NCBI GenBank assembly: GCA_965209035.1 | Contig: OZ242372.1 | Coordinates: forward strand, 2,114,279 to 2,178,278 | Source: Gammaproteobacteria bacterium | GTDB lineage: Bacteria; Pseudomonadota; Gammaproteobacteria; CBDBNL01; JAAOII01 | Reading direction: 5' to 3' | DNA: 64,000 nucleotides | Shown: positions 19,337 to 29,163 of the stretch, one piece after another | How the letters are laid out: each line of letters begins with the position of its first letter | Position numbering within the stretch: the stretch's first letter is position 1 | Position numbers and translations under genes: made by a program | Notes under the pieces: model-generated | What the model was told of the DNA's origin: nothing | Database searches by the model: none | What the model saw: only the letters and a program-made list of their open reading frames with translations

Positions 19337-20287
19337 ATGATTCACCAAAGAACTCTGCGACAAAGCATTAAAGCAGCCGGCATCGGCTTGCACACGGGGA
19401 AGCATATCAATATGGAAATTCATCCCGCACCGGAAGATACGGGAATTGTGTTTCGCCGAACGGACATGGACCCCGTGATAGAAATCAAAGCAAGCGCCCT
19501 TAATGTGAACCGAACGGTTCTTTCCACCGAAATCAGTCACTCCGGTGTATCGGTTTGTACCATAGAGCATTTGGTATCCGCCTTTGCGGGAATGAGCATA
19601 GATAATGCGTATATTGATGTGGATCAGCAAGAGGTTCCGGTAATGGACGGCAGTGCTTCCAGTTATGTTTTTCTTCTGCAGTCAGCGGGAACTCGCGAAC
19701 AAAACAAACCCAAAAAGTACATCCGTATTTTGAAACGAACCGTATATCAACAGGATGACAAGATGGGCGAATTTTTACCTTACGAAGGCTATCGGATCCA
19801 TTGTGCGATTCATTTTTCGCATCCGTATTTCAAGGACAAAGATTACGAGATCAGTTTGGACTTTTCCGGGACTTCTTTTGTTAAGGAGATTAGTCGGGCG
19901 CGCACCTTTGGTTTTCTAAAAGACATCCACGAATTACAAAAAAATAATTTGGCTTTGGGTGGCAATATGAACAACGCGGTTGTTTTGGGCGACACCGATA
20001 TTCTCAATGCGGAGGGACTTCGTCATCCCAAGGAACTTGTGCTTCATAAGGCGTTGGATGCGATAGGGGATCTTTACTTGATAGGATACAACATCATTGG
20101 TGAATTTCGCGGTTATAAGTCCGGCCATCACATTAACAATCAATTGATTCGCAAACTCCTTGAAAATCAGGACAATTTCCGTATAGAAGAATTCCAAGAC
20201 ATCCAAGAATTGCCGCCGAATTATCGTCGGTTACAATCGGATTTGGATCATGTCGACAAGCAATCGCATGTCGCGAGTCCCGGTTAA
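19337..20287 (+). CDS. lpxC: UDP-3-O-acyl-N-acetylglucosamine deacetylase
   Basis: QRTL, GIGLHTG, TIEHL, PVMDGSA, ISRARTFGF, HKALDAIGDL, KSGH. Confidence 0.97.
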   Translation: MIHQRTLRQSIKAAGIGLHTGKHINMEIHPAPEDTGIVFRRTDMDPVIEIKASALNVNRTVLSTEISHSGVSVCTIEHLVSAFAGMSIDNAYIDVDQQEVPVMDGSASSYVFLLQSAGTREQNKPKKYIRILKRTVYQQDDKMGEFLPYEGYRIHCAIHFSHPYFKDKDYEISLDFSGTSFVKEISRARTFGFLKDIHELQKNNLALGGNMNNAVVLGDTDILNAEGLRHPKELVLHKALDAIGDLYLIGYNIIGEFRGYKSGHHINNQLIRKLLENQDNFRIEEFQDIQELPPNYRRLQSDLDHVDKQSHVASPG

Positions 20288-20314
20288 AATTCTTGCAAGG
20301 GGGAAAGATCTAAA

Positions 20315-20740
20315 ATGTTGTATTTATATCTAAAGGTCCTGCATATGATTGCGATCGTGATTTGGTTTGCCTCTTTATTTTACTTGCCGCGCCTCTTTGT
20401 GTATCATGCCAAGGCCGAAGAGGCGAATGTTCGCGCAACACTGGCGCAAATGGCCAACCGCCTTTATCGGATCATTATGAATACGGGGGTGGCTGCGGTT
20501 TTTATCACCGGGTTTGCCGTGTTGTGGACTCACCCGGCAGTTTTTTCGCAAGGCTGGTTTCAGGTCAAGTTTGTGTTGGTGTTAGGTCTCTTGGCATACC
20601 ATGTTGTTTGCGGCAGAATTGTCCGCGGTCTTTCCGCCGAAAAGAGTACCCGGACAGAGTTGTTTTATCGTTGGTTTAACGAGATCCCGTCCGTGTTTCT
20701 TATTCTCATAGTTTTTCTTGCTGTCGTAAAACCCTTCTGA
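20315..20740 (+). CDS. hemJ: protoporphyrinogen oxidase HemJ
   Basis: KVLH..WFASLFYLPRLFVYH, RWFNEIP, VVKPF. Confidence 0.93.
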   Translation: MLYLYLKVLHMIAIVIWFASLFYLPRLFVYHAKAEEANVRATLAQMANRLYRIIMNTGVAAVFITGFAVLWTHPAVFSQGWFQVKFVLVLGLLAYHVVCGRIVRGLSAEKSTRTELFYRWFNEIPSVFLILIVFLAVVKPF

Positions 20741-23193
20741 TGAGTATCCGAGTGTTGGCACGCAAATGGCGTCCCAAAACATTTGCGGACCTTGTCGGAC
20801 AAGAACCTGTGGCACGAACTCTTGTTAATGGCTTAAATGCCGGGCGTTTGCATCACGCTTATCTTTTTTCCGGCACACGCGGGGTTGGCAAAACCACCTT
20901 GGCGCGCATTTTGGCAAAAAGTTTTTCTTGTGAGGCTCGGAAAACAGCGGAGCCCTGTAACGAATGTCCCGCCTGTTTGGCAATTGACAACGGAAACTAC
21001 CCGGATTTTACCGAAGTGGACGCCGCCTCCCATACGGGCGTGGAAAATACCCGAGATCTCCTCACGGATACGCAGTTCGCACCGCACACCGGGAAATACA
21101 AAATTTACCTCATTGATGAGGTGCATATGCTCTCCAATCACAGTTTTAATGCGTTGCTTAAAACACTTGAAGAACCGCCGCCGCATATTTTATTTTTGTT
21201 CGCCACCACAGATCCCCGCAAGTTACCTGGCACTGTCCTGTCCCGATGTTTGAAGTTCCATCTTAAGCCGATTTCCCGGGAAGACATTACCGCCCAACTT
21301 GGCAAGATCTTACAAACTGAAAAAGTGAAGTCCGACGCAGCGTCCTTGCGGCATTTGGCAGCTCAGGCACAGGGGAGCATGCGGGATGCTTTGAGTCTGA
21401 CAGACCAGGCGATTTCTTATTGCCAAGACGGACTGAACGAAAAAGAAGTGACCGAGATGCTCGGAATTGCGGGTATTCCCTCCGCGGAAATTTTGTTGCG
21501 GTATCTGGCAAACAATAATCCCAAGGAGTTATTGGCAACTACCGAGCACATAGAAAACACCGGCGGAAACTTTGAAGACCTTGCCAACCGTTTGTTGGAA
21601 GCGCTTCAATCAGTGGCAGTTTTTCAGACCGATGCGGTTAAACCAACCGAAGACGAAAAAGAACTGGCGGATCTTGCCGGTGTGATCACGCCCGAAGAAC
21701 TGCAAGTTTACTATCAGATCCTTTTGTTGACAAAAAAAGAATTGCCCTGGGCTCTTTCGGAGCGACGTGCCCTTGAGATGGGATTCTTACGGATGCTGAG
21801 TCTGCAGCCCATCCTAAATGAAAAGACAAAACAAGTTCCCAAAAAAGTTACCTCGGAATCTCGGCAGCATTTGCAACCCGCAGCGAAAGAGAAAGAATCC
21901 CCGGAAAACAAAAAAGACGAGGAACCGGCAGCAGTCCAAAAAGACGGCCGGGAAAAGGAGCATTCAAGTCACCCGGCGGAACAGAAGGAAGAAAGTAACC
22001 CGGAAGAGTTAAAAGAACCCGTTCCGGCTGGGCGAAAAGAATACAGTTCGGAAGCACTCCCGACAGACCACCCGACGGAACAAAAAGAAGCGGGTGAACC
22101 TGCGGAACAGAAAGAAGAGAGTAACCTTCAAGATGACCGGGGAGGGTTAGGAGGGTTAAAAGAATCCGTTCCGGCTGGGCGAAAAGAAGGCGACCCGGAA
22201 GCGCATCCGACAGAACACCCCGCGGGGCGGAACGAAGCGGGTGAACCTGCGGAACGGACGGAACCTTCGGCGGGCAGTGCGGACGGCCGCCAAAATAGTT
22301 CGGGCAATGCAACCCAATCGGACATGCCTGCGGAAGACGGATTCTTACCGCTTGCGAATACGGATGCGGTAAAAGGTGATTTCACACCGACCCCGACCGA
22401 TTCAGGTTCCCCCGAGACTTTGGATGCCCCCAAGATTTCCGAGACCGCAGACACGGACAGCAAGGCGCAGGATAAAGCCGCATCCGAGGTGACGGAGGAT
22501 CCTGCCGCGGAACAAGAGGTGCATCAAATGGAAACAGAAACAGAAACAACAACGACAACTAAAACGGACAACCCGCAGATGTTCTCTTCGCCTGCGGATA
22601 CGGCTGCGGTAAAAGGTGATTCCATCCCCGCCCCGACCGACTCAAGTTCCCCCGATGCTTCCGAAACTTTGGATGCCACCAAAATTTCCGGAACTGCGGA
22701 TGCGGACAGCAAGGCACCGGATAAAACCACGACCGAGCTGCCCGCAGAAACAACGGGAATTACCGGAAAAAAAATCAGCGAAGACTACATCAGCCCGCAA
22801 GGTTGGGACGGTTTGGTGCGCGATTTGGATTCGGATTTGGTTAAAGGCAGGCTTCAAAACGCCCTTTATCATACCCGACTACTTTCTATGCAACATGGGC
22901 TATGGATAATCGGTTGTGGTGCAAACGATCAAAAAGTGATCCTGTCGGGGAAAGAGGATCTTGCGGAAGCAATTTCCCGAAAAATTAAACAAAGCATTCT
23001 TTTGGAGACAGAGATTTGCCATGTGGATGAAACACCTTTTTTACTCAAAAGCGAAAGACAAAAACAGTTGGTGCAAGACACCCGGCAAGACCCTCTGGTA
23101 AAAACTCTGGTCAAGGATTTCGGCGGAGAGTTGGATGAACAGTCCGTTCGCCCCTTGGAATCTTCGGCGTCCTCAAACGAAGTTTCCAAATAA
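20740..23193 (+). CDS. dnaX: DNA polymerase III subunit gamma/tau with expanded linker
   Basis: LARKWRP, GTRGVGKTT, IDEVHML, LLKTLEEPP, GSMRDALSL; ~320-aa acidic low-complexity linker; C-terminal QDPLVKTLVKDFGG. Confidence 0.96.
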   Translation: MSIRVLARKWRPKTFADLVGQEPVARTLVNGLNAGRLHHAYLFSGTRGVGKTTLARILAKSFSCEARKTAEPCNECPACLAIDNGNYPDFTEVDAASHTGVENTRDLLTDTQFAPHTGKYKIYLIDEVHMLSNHSFNALLKTLEEPPPHILFLFATTDPRKLPGTVLSRCLKFHLKPISREDITAQLGKILQTEKVKSDAASLRHLAAQAQGSMRDALSLTDQAISYCQDGLNEKEVTEMLGIAGIPSAEILLRYLANNNPKELLATTEHIENTGGNFEDLANRLLEALQSVAVFQTDAVKPTEDEKELADLAGVITPEELQVYYQILLLTKKELPWALSERRALEMGFLRMLSLQPILNEKTKQVPKKVTSESRQHLQPAAKEKESPENKKDEEPAAVQKDGREKEHSSHPAEQKEESNPEELKEPVPAGRKEYSSEALPTDHPTEQKEAGEPAEQKEESNLQDDRGGLGGLKESVPAGRKEGDPEAHPTEHPAGRNEAGEPAERTEPSAGSADGRQNSSGNATQSDMPAEDGFLPLANTDAVKGDFTPTPTDSGSPETLDAPKISETADTDSKAQDKAASEVTEDPAAEQEVHQMETETETTTTTKTDNPQMFSSPADTAAVKGDSIPAPTDSSSPDASETLDATKISGTADADSKAPDKTTTELPAETTGITGKKISEDYISPQGWDGLVRDLDSDLVKGRLQNALYHTRLLSMQHGLWIIGCGANDQKVILSGKEDLAEAISRKIKQSILLETEICHVDETPFLLKSERQKQLVQDTRQDPLVKTLVKDFGGELDEQSVRPLESSASSNEVSK
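21976..22738 (+). repeat. two pairs of in-frame imperfect direct repeats in the dnaX linker
   Basis: Unit A at ~21976 and ~22102 (gcggaacagaa.gaaga.agtaacc...gttaaaagaa.ccgttccggctgggcgaaaagaa). Unit B at ~22353 and ~22593 (tgcg.atacgg.tgcggtaaaaggtgatt...ccccgaccga.tca.gttcccccga). Confidence 0.85.
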
Positions 23194-23261
23194 CGGGCGC
23201 GGTATTCCTTATAATTTTTGAAAGCGGTTCAATAAAAATAATTACTATTAAAAGATAAATC

Positions 23262-23582
23262 ATGGATATATCATCTTTAATGAAAAAGGCGAACGAACTT
23301 CGTAAAAAAATGAACGAAGTTGAGGAAACTCTTGCCAAACAGATTGTGACCTCCGAAACGGGCGGCGGCATGGTTCGGGTTACCGCAAACTGCAAACCGC
23401 ACATTCTGGAAGTTAAGATTTCAGAGCAGGGGATGCGCGAGGATGCGGAAATCATCAACGAATTAACCACAGCCGCGGTCAATGATGTTCTAAAAAGGGC
23501 GCGTAAAACGAGTAAAAAAATAAACGCCGACATCCTCGGACAAGCAGCCGGCGGTATTGATTTGCCTTTTCCTCTTAAATAA
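23262..23582 (+). CDS. ybaB: YbaB/EbfC nucleoid-associated protein
   Basis: GGGMVRVT and AAVND motifs; position between dnaX and recR. Confidence 0.92.
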   Translation: MDISSLMKKANELRKKMNEVEETLAKQIVTSETGGGMVRVTANCKPHILEVKISEQGMREDAEIINELTTAAVNDVLKRARKTSKKINADILGQAAGGIDLPFPLK

Positions 23583-23746
23583 CAAACCGCCCGGCAAGTC
23601 GGACGAGAGGATATATAAGCACTCTCCAATAACCCGATAATCCCATAATCCCATAAATCCCATAATTAAAGAGACACCACAACCGCACAACCACAAAGCG
23701 TTAAGCCGTCCGGAACAAGCACAAACCTTACTTTAAAAGAAAAGAA

Positions 23747-24538
23747 ATGACGGATGACCCCAAGAAACCAATAGAAGAACTGATTACCGCTCTGACCGGT
23801 TTACCCGGCATAGGGCCTCGTTCCGCACAGCGGTTGGTATTTCACCTCCTTGGTGGCAATCGCGAACTGGGACACAGAATTCGGGACGCCATGACGGATG
23901 TTTTGCGCGATGTTCGCGAATGTTCTGTTTGTCGTAACTATGCCACACAGAATATTTGCCCGGTATGTGACGATGCTGAACGGGACAAAGAAATATGTAT
24001 TGTGGAATCACCCGCGGATTTAAATGCCGTTGAGCAAAGCGGCGGCTACCGCGGCTACTACTTTGTGTTGCACGGCAAGCTATCGCCTATGGAAGGGATG
24101 GGACCGGATAACTTGCGGCTGGACAAACTCGGTGAGGCGATTCGCAGGGCAAAATCTCGGGAGGTGATTTTGGCAACCAACCTCACGGTGGAAGGAGAGA
24201 TCACCGCGCAGTATATAAAAGAATTCTTAACTTCTTTTAATTTGCGTCTGACTCGTATCGCACACGGCGTTCCAACCGGCGGTGAATTGGAGTATGTGGA
24301 TGCGGGTACTCTGGCAAGGGCTCTTTCCGGGCGCGGCGGTTTTGACGAAAGAAAGACACTCAAAGAGTCCGTTAATGTTAATAGTGCGGCCAAGAAACCC
24401 GACGGTGAATTCGCGTCAAACAAAATACCGGACGAGGAACAGTCCGCATCAAATGACCTTTCCGTGCAGGACTCCGCCGTGCAAAAGCATAACCCAAAGT
24501 TTGGCCCAAAACTTGGCCCAAGGTTTGAAAATGAGTAA
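23747..24538 (+). CDS. recR: recombination mediator RecR with C-terminal extension
   Basis: LPGIGPRSAQRL, C4 zinc finger, ICIVE, VILATNLTVEGEITA, RIAHGVPTGGELEYVD. Confidence 0.95.
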   Translation: MTDDPKKPIEELITALTGLPGIGPRSAQRLVFHLLGGNRELGHRIRDAMTDVLRDVRECSVCRNYATQNICPVCDDAERDKEICIVESPADLNAVEQSGGYRGYYFVLHGKLSPMEGMGPDNLRLDKLGEAIRRAKSREVILATNLTVEGEITAQYIKEFLTSFNLRLTRIAHGVPTGGELEYVDAGTLARALSGRGGFDERKTLKESVNVNSAAKKPDGEFASNKIPDEEQSASNDLSVQDSAVQKHNPKFGPKLGPRFENE

Positions 24539-25310
24539 TGCGATTAGTTTCATCAAAACACCGGAAGATCTTGCGGGGATGCGTGCCGCCGCTCGGGCAA
24601 CCGTGCAAACTCTTGATTACATTGCCCCTTATGTTCGTCCGGGAGTGACAACCGAGTCCCTGGACAACCTGTGCCATGCACATATGACCGACCACTTAAA
24701 TGTTCGCTCCGCCTCACTTGGTTATAAGGGGTTCCCCAAGTCGGTTTGCACTTCCGTGAATAATGAGGTTTGTCACGGCATACCGAGCCCGAAGGTGAAA
24801 CTAATGAAAGGAGATATTGTTAATGTGGATGTGGCGGTTATCCGCGACGGCTACTATGGTGATTGCAGCCGTACCTTTTGTGTTGGCAAGGCGGAACCTT
24901 TTGCCAAAAGATTATCGGAGGTCACCCGCGAATCTCTTTATCGCGGTATTCGGGCAACGCGTGCCGGCGCCCGCTTGGGCGACATAGGCGCCGCCATTCA
25001 AGGGTTTGTTGAAAGCAAGGGCTTTTCTGTCGTGCGCGATTATTGCGGTCACGGACTCGGCAAAGAATTTCATTGCGGCCCCCAGGTGCTGCATTACGGT
25101 ACACCCGGCACGGGGATACAACTGGAGGAGGGGATGTGTTTCACCATTGAGCCGATGATTAATGCGGGCGGCCCCGAGACGCGCACCCTTGCGGACGGCT
25201 GGACTGTTGTCACTTGCGATCGCAAACTTTCCGCACAGTGGGAGCATACGGTGCTGGTTACCAAAACCGGCTGCGAAGTGTTGACAGTTGCCCGGGATGA
25301 ATTGATCTAA
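24531..25310 (+). CDS. map: type I methionyl aminopeptidase
   Basis: FPKSVCTSVN..VCHGIP, GDIVNVDV, GD.SRTF, YCGHG.G, FTIEPMIN, SAQWEHT; start placed at ATG 24531. Confidence 0.96.
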   Translation: MSNAISFIKTPEDLAGMRAAARATVQTLDYIAPYVRPGVTTESLDNLCHAHMTDHLNVRSASLGYKGFPKSVCTSVNNEVCHGIPSPKVKLMKGDIVNVDVAVIRDGYYGDCSRTFCVGKAEPFAKRLSEVTRESLYRGIRATRAGARLGDIGAAIQGFVESKGFSVVRDYCGHGLGKEFHCGPQVLHYGTPGTGIQLEEGMCFTIEPMINAGGPETRTLADGWTVVTCDRKLSAQWEHTVLVTKTGCEVLTVARDELI

Positions 25311-25437
25311 TATGCATCATCCCGGCAAGATTTTGGACTCTGAGTTTGGCATTGAGCGTCATCTAGATCAAAGAGCCGGTTGTTTACAAAACACGCCGAT
25401 TTCGAAACCGGGTGGGATGATACAGTTAACAGTTAAC

Positions 25438-25502
25438 ATTTAAAGGAAGATCCGGTGAAATATGGTATATTTAAAGGAAGATCCGGTGAAATATGGTATA
25501 TT
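25438..25502. repeat. perfect 31-bp tandem duplication
   Basis: atttaaaggaagatccggtgaaatatggtat twice (25438-25468, 25469-25499) plus att. Confidence 0.92.
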
Positions 25503-25556
25503 ATGACTATTCCTTATTTAGGGAACTTTATTAATTCACAATTACAAAAATAAATT

Positions 25557-27164
25557 ATGAACATATTTGATATACAAACTATCAGTAGCAACTGCATTGC
25601 ATGTATTGCCGCGGCCGGGCAAACGGCACGCGGCGGCACAAAGTTATTCATTCCATTATTGACAATCGCCTTGTCGGTTGTCTTACTCGCCGCCTGTGGC
25701 GGCGGTGGAGGCGGCGGTTCCGGCGGCGGGATAGCGGACGCCGATGGGGATGGAATTGCGAATGCGACGGATGCCTGTCCGGCCGGCGATACGGACTGGA
25801 CTTCCAATCCGTCTACGGACAATGACCGTGACGGTTGCCGCGATGCCGGTGAGGATCTGGACGACAATAATAATCGCCTCATAGAAATCCACACTTTGGA
25901 TGACTTGGCGCGGCTGCGCGATGATCTAAATGGCGATGGGATAGATGATGGGGATATTGACGCGATTGACGCTGTGGGAGATGTGGGCTGTCCCGACAGT
26001 GGTTGTGCCGGCTATGAATTGACTCGCTCGCTGAATTTTAGCGATCCGAAGTCCTATGCCGATGACAGCGGTAACAGCGATAATATGGATGCATGGACAG
26101 ATCGCAGCGGCAGCGGCTGGCAGTCGATCGGTTCTTGCAGTGCTGCATTTATTTGCACCTCTTATTCGGTTATGTTTGATGGTGGAAATTATACTCTCGC
26201 CGATCTGTTTATCAATGCAAGTGATGATAGCAATAGTGTGGGGTTGTTTGCTGCGTTCAATGGCAGTCTTCAAAATCTGCATATGTTGAATGCGGCTGTC
26301 CGTGGCGGTGACAATAATGTGGGATCACTGGTAGGCTTTGGCAATCATGCCCGGTATGAGAATCTGTCGGTTACGGCGGTCAGTGTGACGAGTCCGGCAG
26401 GTGGCTCAGTGGGCGGACTGATTGGGCGCATGAATCATGCTGAACTTCGTTATGCTTATGCATCCGGCGTCAATGTGTCCGGGCAGTCAAATGTTGGCGG
26501 CCTGGTTGGGGCTGTGGTGGGTAGCGTTCGCTATGCGTATGTGTCCGGCGGAAGTGTTACCGGAACTTCTGTAAATGGCTTTTCTGGCGGATTAGCCGGG
26601 CCTGTGACGGGGAGCGTCCGCTATGCTTATGTATCCGGTGTAGATGTTTCCTCAGCAGGAGATGTTCTCGGCGGATTGCTTGGGTACGGGCTAAATGCTG
26701 ATATTCGGTATGCGTATGTGTCCGGCGGAAGTGTTGTCGGGGATCAGCAGGTTGGCGGACTGATTGGACAAATAGAGACCGCCGGTCAAATTCATTTTTC
26801 CTATGCCGCCGGTGGGCTTGTTTCAGGTTCCGGTAGTTCTGTTGGCGGACTGATTGGGCAAGCCACTAACACTATCGTCAATGCTTCCTATTGGGATAAT
26901 GAGACTACTGGGCAGCCTGCCAGTGCCAAGGGTCTCGGCATGGGTCTGCCCACCGCCGAATTGAAAGCCCCCGAAAACCCCGACTTCACGGGGATCTATG
27001 ATCTCTGGGGCAACTTTTGGTGCGACCCGAATACGGGTGAGGAGAGGGAAAGTGCCACCGAGTTGGATGCTCCTTTTGTTCGTGTCTGGGATCTCGGGAC
27101 GGCTGATCAATATCCCGCGCTTAGATGTGTCCCCGGCGGTCTGGCAAGGCAGAGACAGAGATAA
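25557..27164 (+). CDS. lipoprotein with Asp-rich thrombospondin-3-like stalk and GLUG-type repeats
   Basis: Lipobox LLAA-C, poly-Gly, DADGDG/DNDRDG motifs, VGLF, repeated NVGGLVG/VGGLIG + YAYVSGGSV, SYWD.ETTGQ. Confidence 0.8.
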   Translation: MNIFDIQTISSNCIACIAAAGQTARGGTKLFIPLLTIALSVVLLAACGGGGGGGSGGGIADADGDGIANATDACPAGDTDWTSNPSTDNDRDGCRDAGEDLDDNNNRLIEIHTLDDLARLRDDLNGDGIDDGDIDAIDAVGDVGCPDSGCAGYELTRSLNFSDPKSYADDSGNSDNMDAWTDRSGSGWQSIGSCSAAFICTSYSVMFDGGNYTLADLFINASDDSNSVGLFAAFNGSLQNLHMLNAAVRGGDNNVGSLVGFGNHARYENLSVTAVSVTSPAGGSVGGLIGRMNHAELRYAYASGVNVSGQSNVGGLVGAVVGSVRYAYVSGGSVTGTSVNGFSGGLAGPVTGSVRYAYVSGVDVSSAGDVLGGLLGYGLNADIRYAYVSGGSVVGDQQVGGLIGQIETAGQIHFSYAAGGLVSGSGSSVGGLIGQATNTIVNASYWDNETTGQPASAKGLGMGLPTAELKAPENPDFTGIYDLWGNFWCDPNTGEERESATELDAPFVRVWDLGTADQYPALRCVPGGLARQRQR

Positions 27165-27345
27165 TAACGCAATTAACGAAGAACGAATGCCGGCTTTTCG
27201 TTAGAGCAAAGCAATCCGGGCGGGCGGTCAAGTAGAGCCGCCCCGGCATGTTCACCAAGAACTCTCGTCTCTCGTCTTTCACCGACCCGGTTCTTGCAAA
27301 AACACCAAAAATTCGGAACCGGGTAGAATAATACATACATATAAT

Positions 27346-27370
27346 AATTGATAATCAATTTCCGTATAAT
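27346..27370 (+). promoter_or_regulatory. palindromic operator-like site next to a -10 box upstream of the sugar ABC permease
   Basis: AATTGAT-A-ATCAATT perfect 7-1-7 palindrome (27346-27360) followed by TATAAT (27365-27370). Confidence 0.4.
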
Positions 27371-27408
27371 CAAATGACATACAATATAAAAAATTAGAGA
27401 TTACAAAT

Positions 27409-28272
27409 ATGAAGAATCAAAATCCTGTCGCGCCCTGGCTGTTCTTACTGCCGGCTTTTGTGCTGTTTGGCGTTTATGTGATCTACCCGATCTTTCAAAG
27501 TATTTTTCTGAGTTTTTATGAATGGGACGGTATCGGTGAAAAAGAGTTTATCGGTTTGGGAAACTACATTGAGTTGTTTTATGATCCGCAGTTTATTGTT
27601 TCCATCAAAAACAATGTCCTGTGGTTACTTTTTTTGATGTTGGCGCCGGTCTTTGGTTTAAGTTTGGCGTTGTTTCTCAATCAAAAGACATTTGGTATTC
27701 GTCTGATCAAATCACTCTATTTCTTTCCCTTTGTCATCTCTCTGGTGATCGTGGGGGTCATATTCAGTTGGTTCTATGATCCGCACTTGGGTCTGCTCAA
27801 TAAACTCTTGGGGTTTATGGGTATTAAGGGACCGGCCATTCTGGCGGACGAAAAACTGGTGACCTATGGCATTATTTTTGCCGCTCTCTGGCCGCAAACG
27901 GCATATTGCATGATTCTTTATCTGACGGGGCTTACCGCCATCAGCAGCGAACAGGTGGAAGCGGCACGCATTGACGGTGCCAAAGGCTGGTACATGCTTT
28001 GGTATGTGATCATCCCGCAGTTACGCCCGGCCACATTCATCGCCATTGTGGTGACAGTGATCGGCGCGTTACGCAGTTTTGATTTGGTGGCGATCATGAC
28101 AGCCGGCGGTCCTTACAATAGTTCCAGTGTCCTCGCTTATTTCATGTATGAACAGAGTGTATTTTCTTATCGGGTCGGTTACGGGGCGGCGATTGCCACA
28201 GTCCTCTTTTTCGTTACTCTCGCTTACATTGCTTATTTTTTGTGGCGGATGATCAGGCAAGAAATTCGCTAA
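27409..28272 (+). CDS. carbohydrate ABC transporter permease
   Basis: FLLPA, GLGNY, EAA loop EAARIDGA, LRSFDLV..MT.GGP, GYGAAIA. Confidence 0.93.
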   Translation: MKNQNPVAPWLFLLPAFVLFGVYVIYPIFQSIFLSFYEWDGIGEKEFIGLGNYIELFYDPQFIVSIKNNVLWLLFLMLAPVFGLSLALFLNQKTFGIRLIKSLYFFPFVISLVIVGVIFSWFYDPHLGLLNKLLGFMGIKGPAILADEKLVTYGIIFAALWPQTAYCMILYLTGLTAISSEQVEAARIDGAKGWYMLWYVIIPQLRPATFIAIVVTVIGALRSFDLVAIMTAGGPYNSSSVLAYFMYEQSVFSYRVGYGAAIATVLFFVTLAYIAYFLWRMIRQEIR

Positions 28273-28298
28273 TCATTTAATAAAAGAAGAAGTTTCAG

Positions 28299-29147
28299 AT
28301 GTTCCCCACCCCGATTGACAAAAGACCGCTCTGGCGCAGACGACAATATCATATCTTGCTTTGGTTGTCCATCGTTTTATGGTTGATCCCGTTGGCTGCG
28401 ATTATCCTCACTTCCTTCCGCTCCTTGGAAGATATTAATTCCGGCAACTACTGGGGCTGGCCAAGCGAATGGTATTACGAAAATTACATCACAGTGTTTG
28501 CGGAGACCCCTATGGCCAAGTACATGATCAACAGTTTGTTTATTTCTCTGGTCGCCACTTTCGCCGCTGTGGCTCTTTCCACTATGTCCGGCTATGCTTT
28601 GGCGAAATATAAGTTTCGCTTGAATGTTTGGTTATTCGCCTTGTTTGTCGGCGGTAACTTTGTGCCGTTTCAAATCCTGATGATCCCGGTGCGCGATCTG
28701 ACCATCGGCACAGGCCTTTATGACACCTACTGGGCACTCATTATTTTTCATGCGGCATTTCAATCCGGTTTCTGCACTTTGTTTATGCGGAACTTCATCA
28801 TCGAGTTACCCCACGAACTGTTTGAATCCGCCCGCTCCGAAGGCGTTTCGGAATGGAAAATCTTTTGGCATATTGCGATCCCTCTGGTTCGCCCGGCTCT
28901 GGCCGCACTCTCGGTTCTTATTTTTACTTTCGTATGGAATGATTTCTTTTGGGGGCTGGTGCTGGTGCAGAGCGATGCGGTGCGCCCGGTAACCGCCGCA
29001 CTCAGTGCCTTAAAAGGGCAGTGGATATTTTCCTGGCAGTTACTTTCCGCCGGAGCAATCGTTGCCGCCTTGCCGCCGGTGTTACTCTTCTTTTTGATGC
29101 AAAAGCAATTTATAGCCGGCTTGACCTTGGGTGCCACAAAAGGCTAA
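28299..29147 (+). CDS. carbohydrate ABC transporter permease
   Basis: NSL, GYALAKY.F, ELFESARSEG, FVWNDFFW, QKQFIAGLT.GATKG. Confidence 0.93.
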   Translation: MFPTPIDKRPLWRRRQYHILLWLSIVLWLIPLAAIILTSFRSLEDINSGNYWGWPSEWYYENYITVFAETPMAKYMINSLFISLVATFAAVALSTMSGYALAKYKFRLNVWLFALFVGGNFVPFQILMIPVRDLTIGTGLYDTYWALIIFHAAFQSGFCTLFMRNFIIELPHELFESARSEGVSEWKIFWHIAIPLVRPALAALSVLIFTFVWNDFFWGLVLVQSDAVRPVTAALSALKGQWIFSWQLLSAGAIVAALPPVLLFFLMQKQFIAGLTLGATKG

Positions 29148-29163
29148 GTCCCCGGCATCCGGC

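Noticed and set aside
21725-21920. Programmed -1 frameshift site in dnaX producing gamma
   Set aside because: A-runs exist (A7 near 21732, A6 near 21841 and 21910), but there is no in-frame A AAA AAG with a clear downstream hairpin, and the A7 lies inside domain III.
24282-24530. 83-aa N-terminal extension of Map
   Set aside because: Overlaps recR in another frame; homology to Map begins at ATG 24531.
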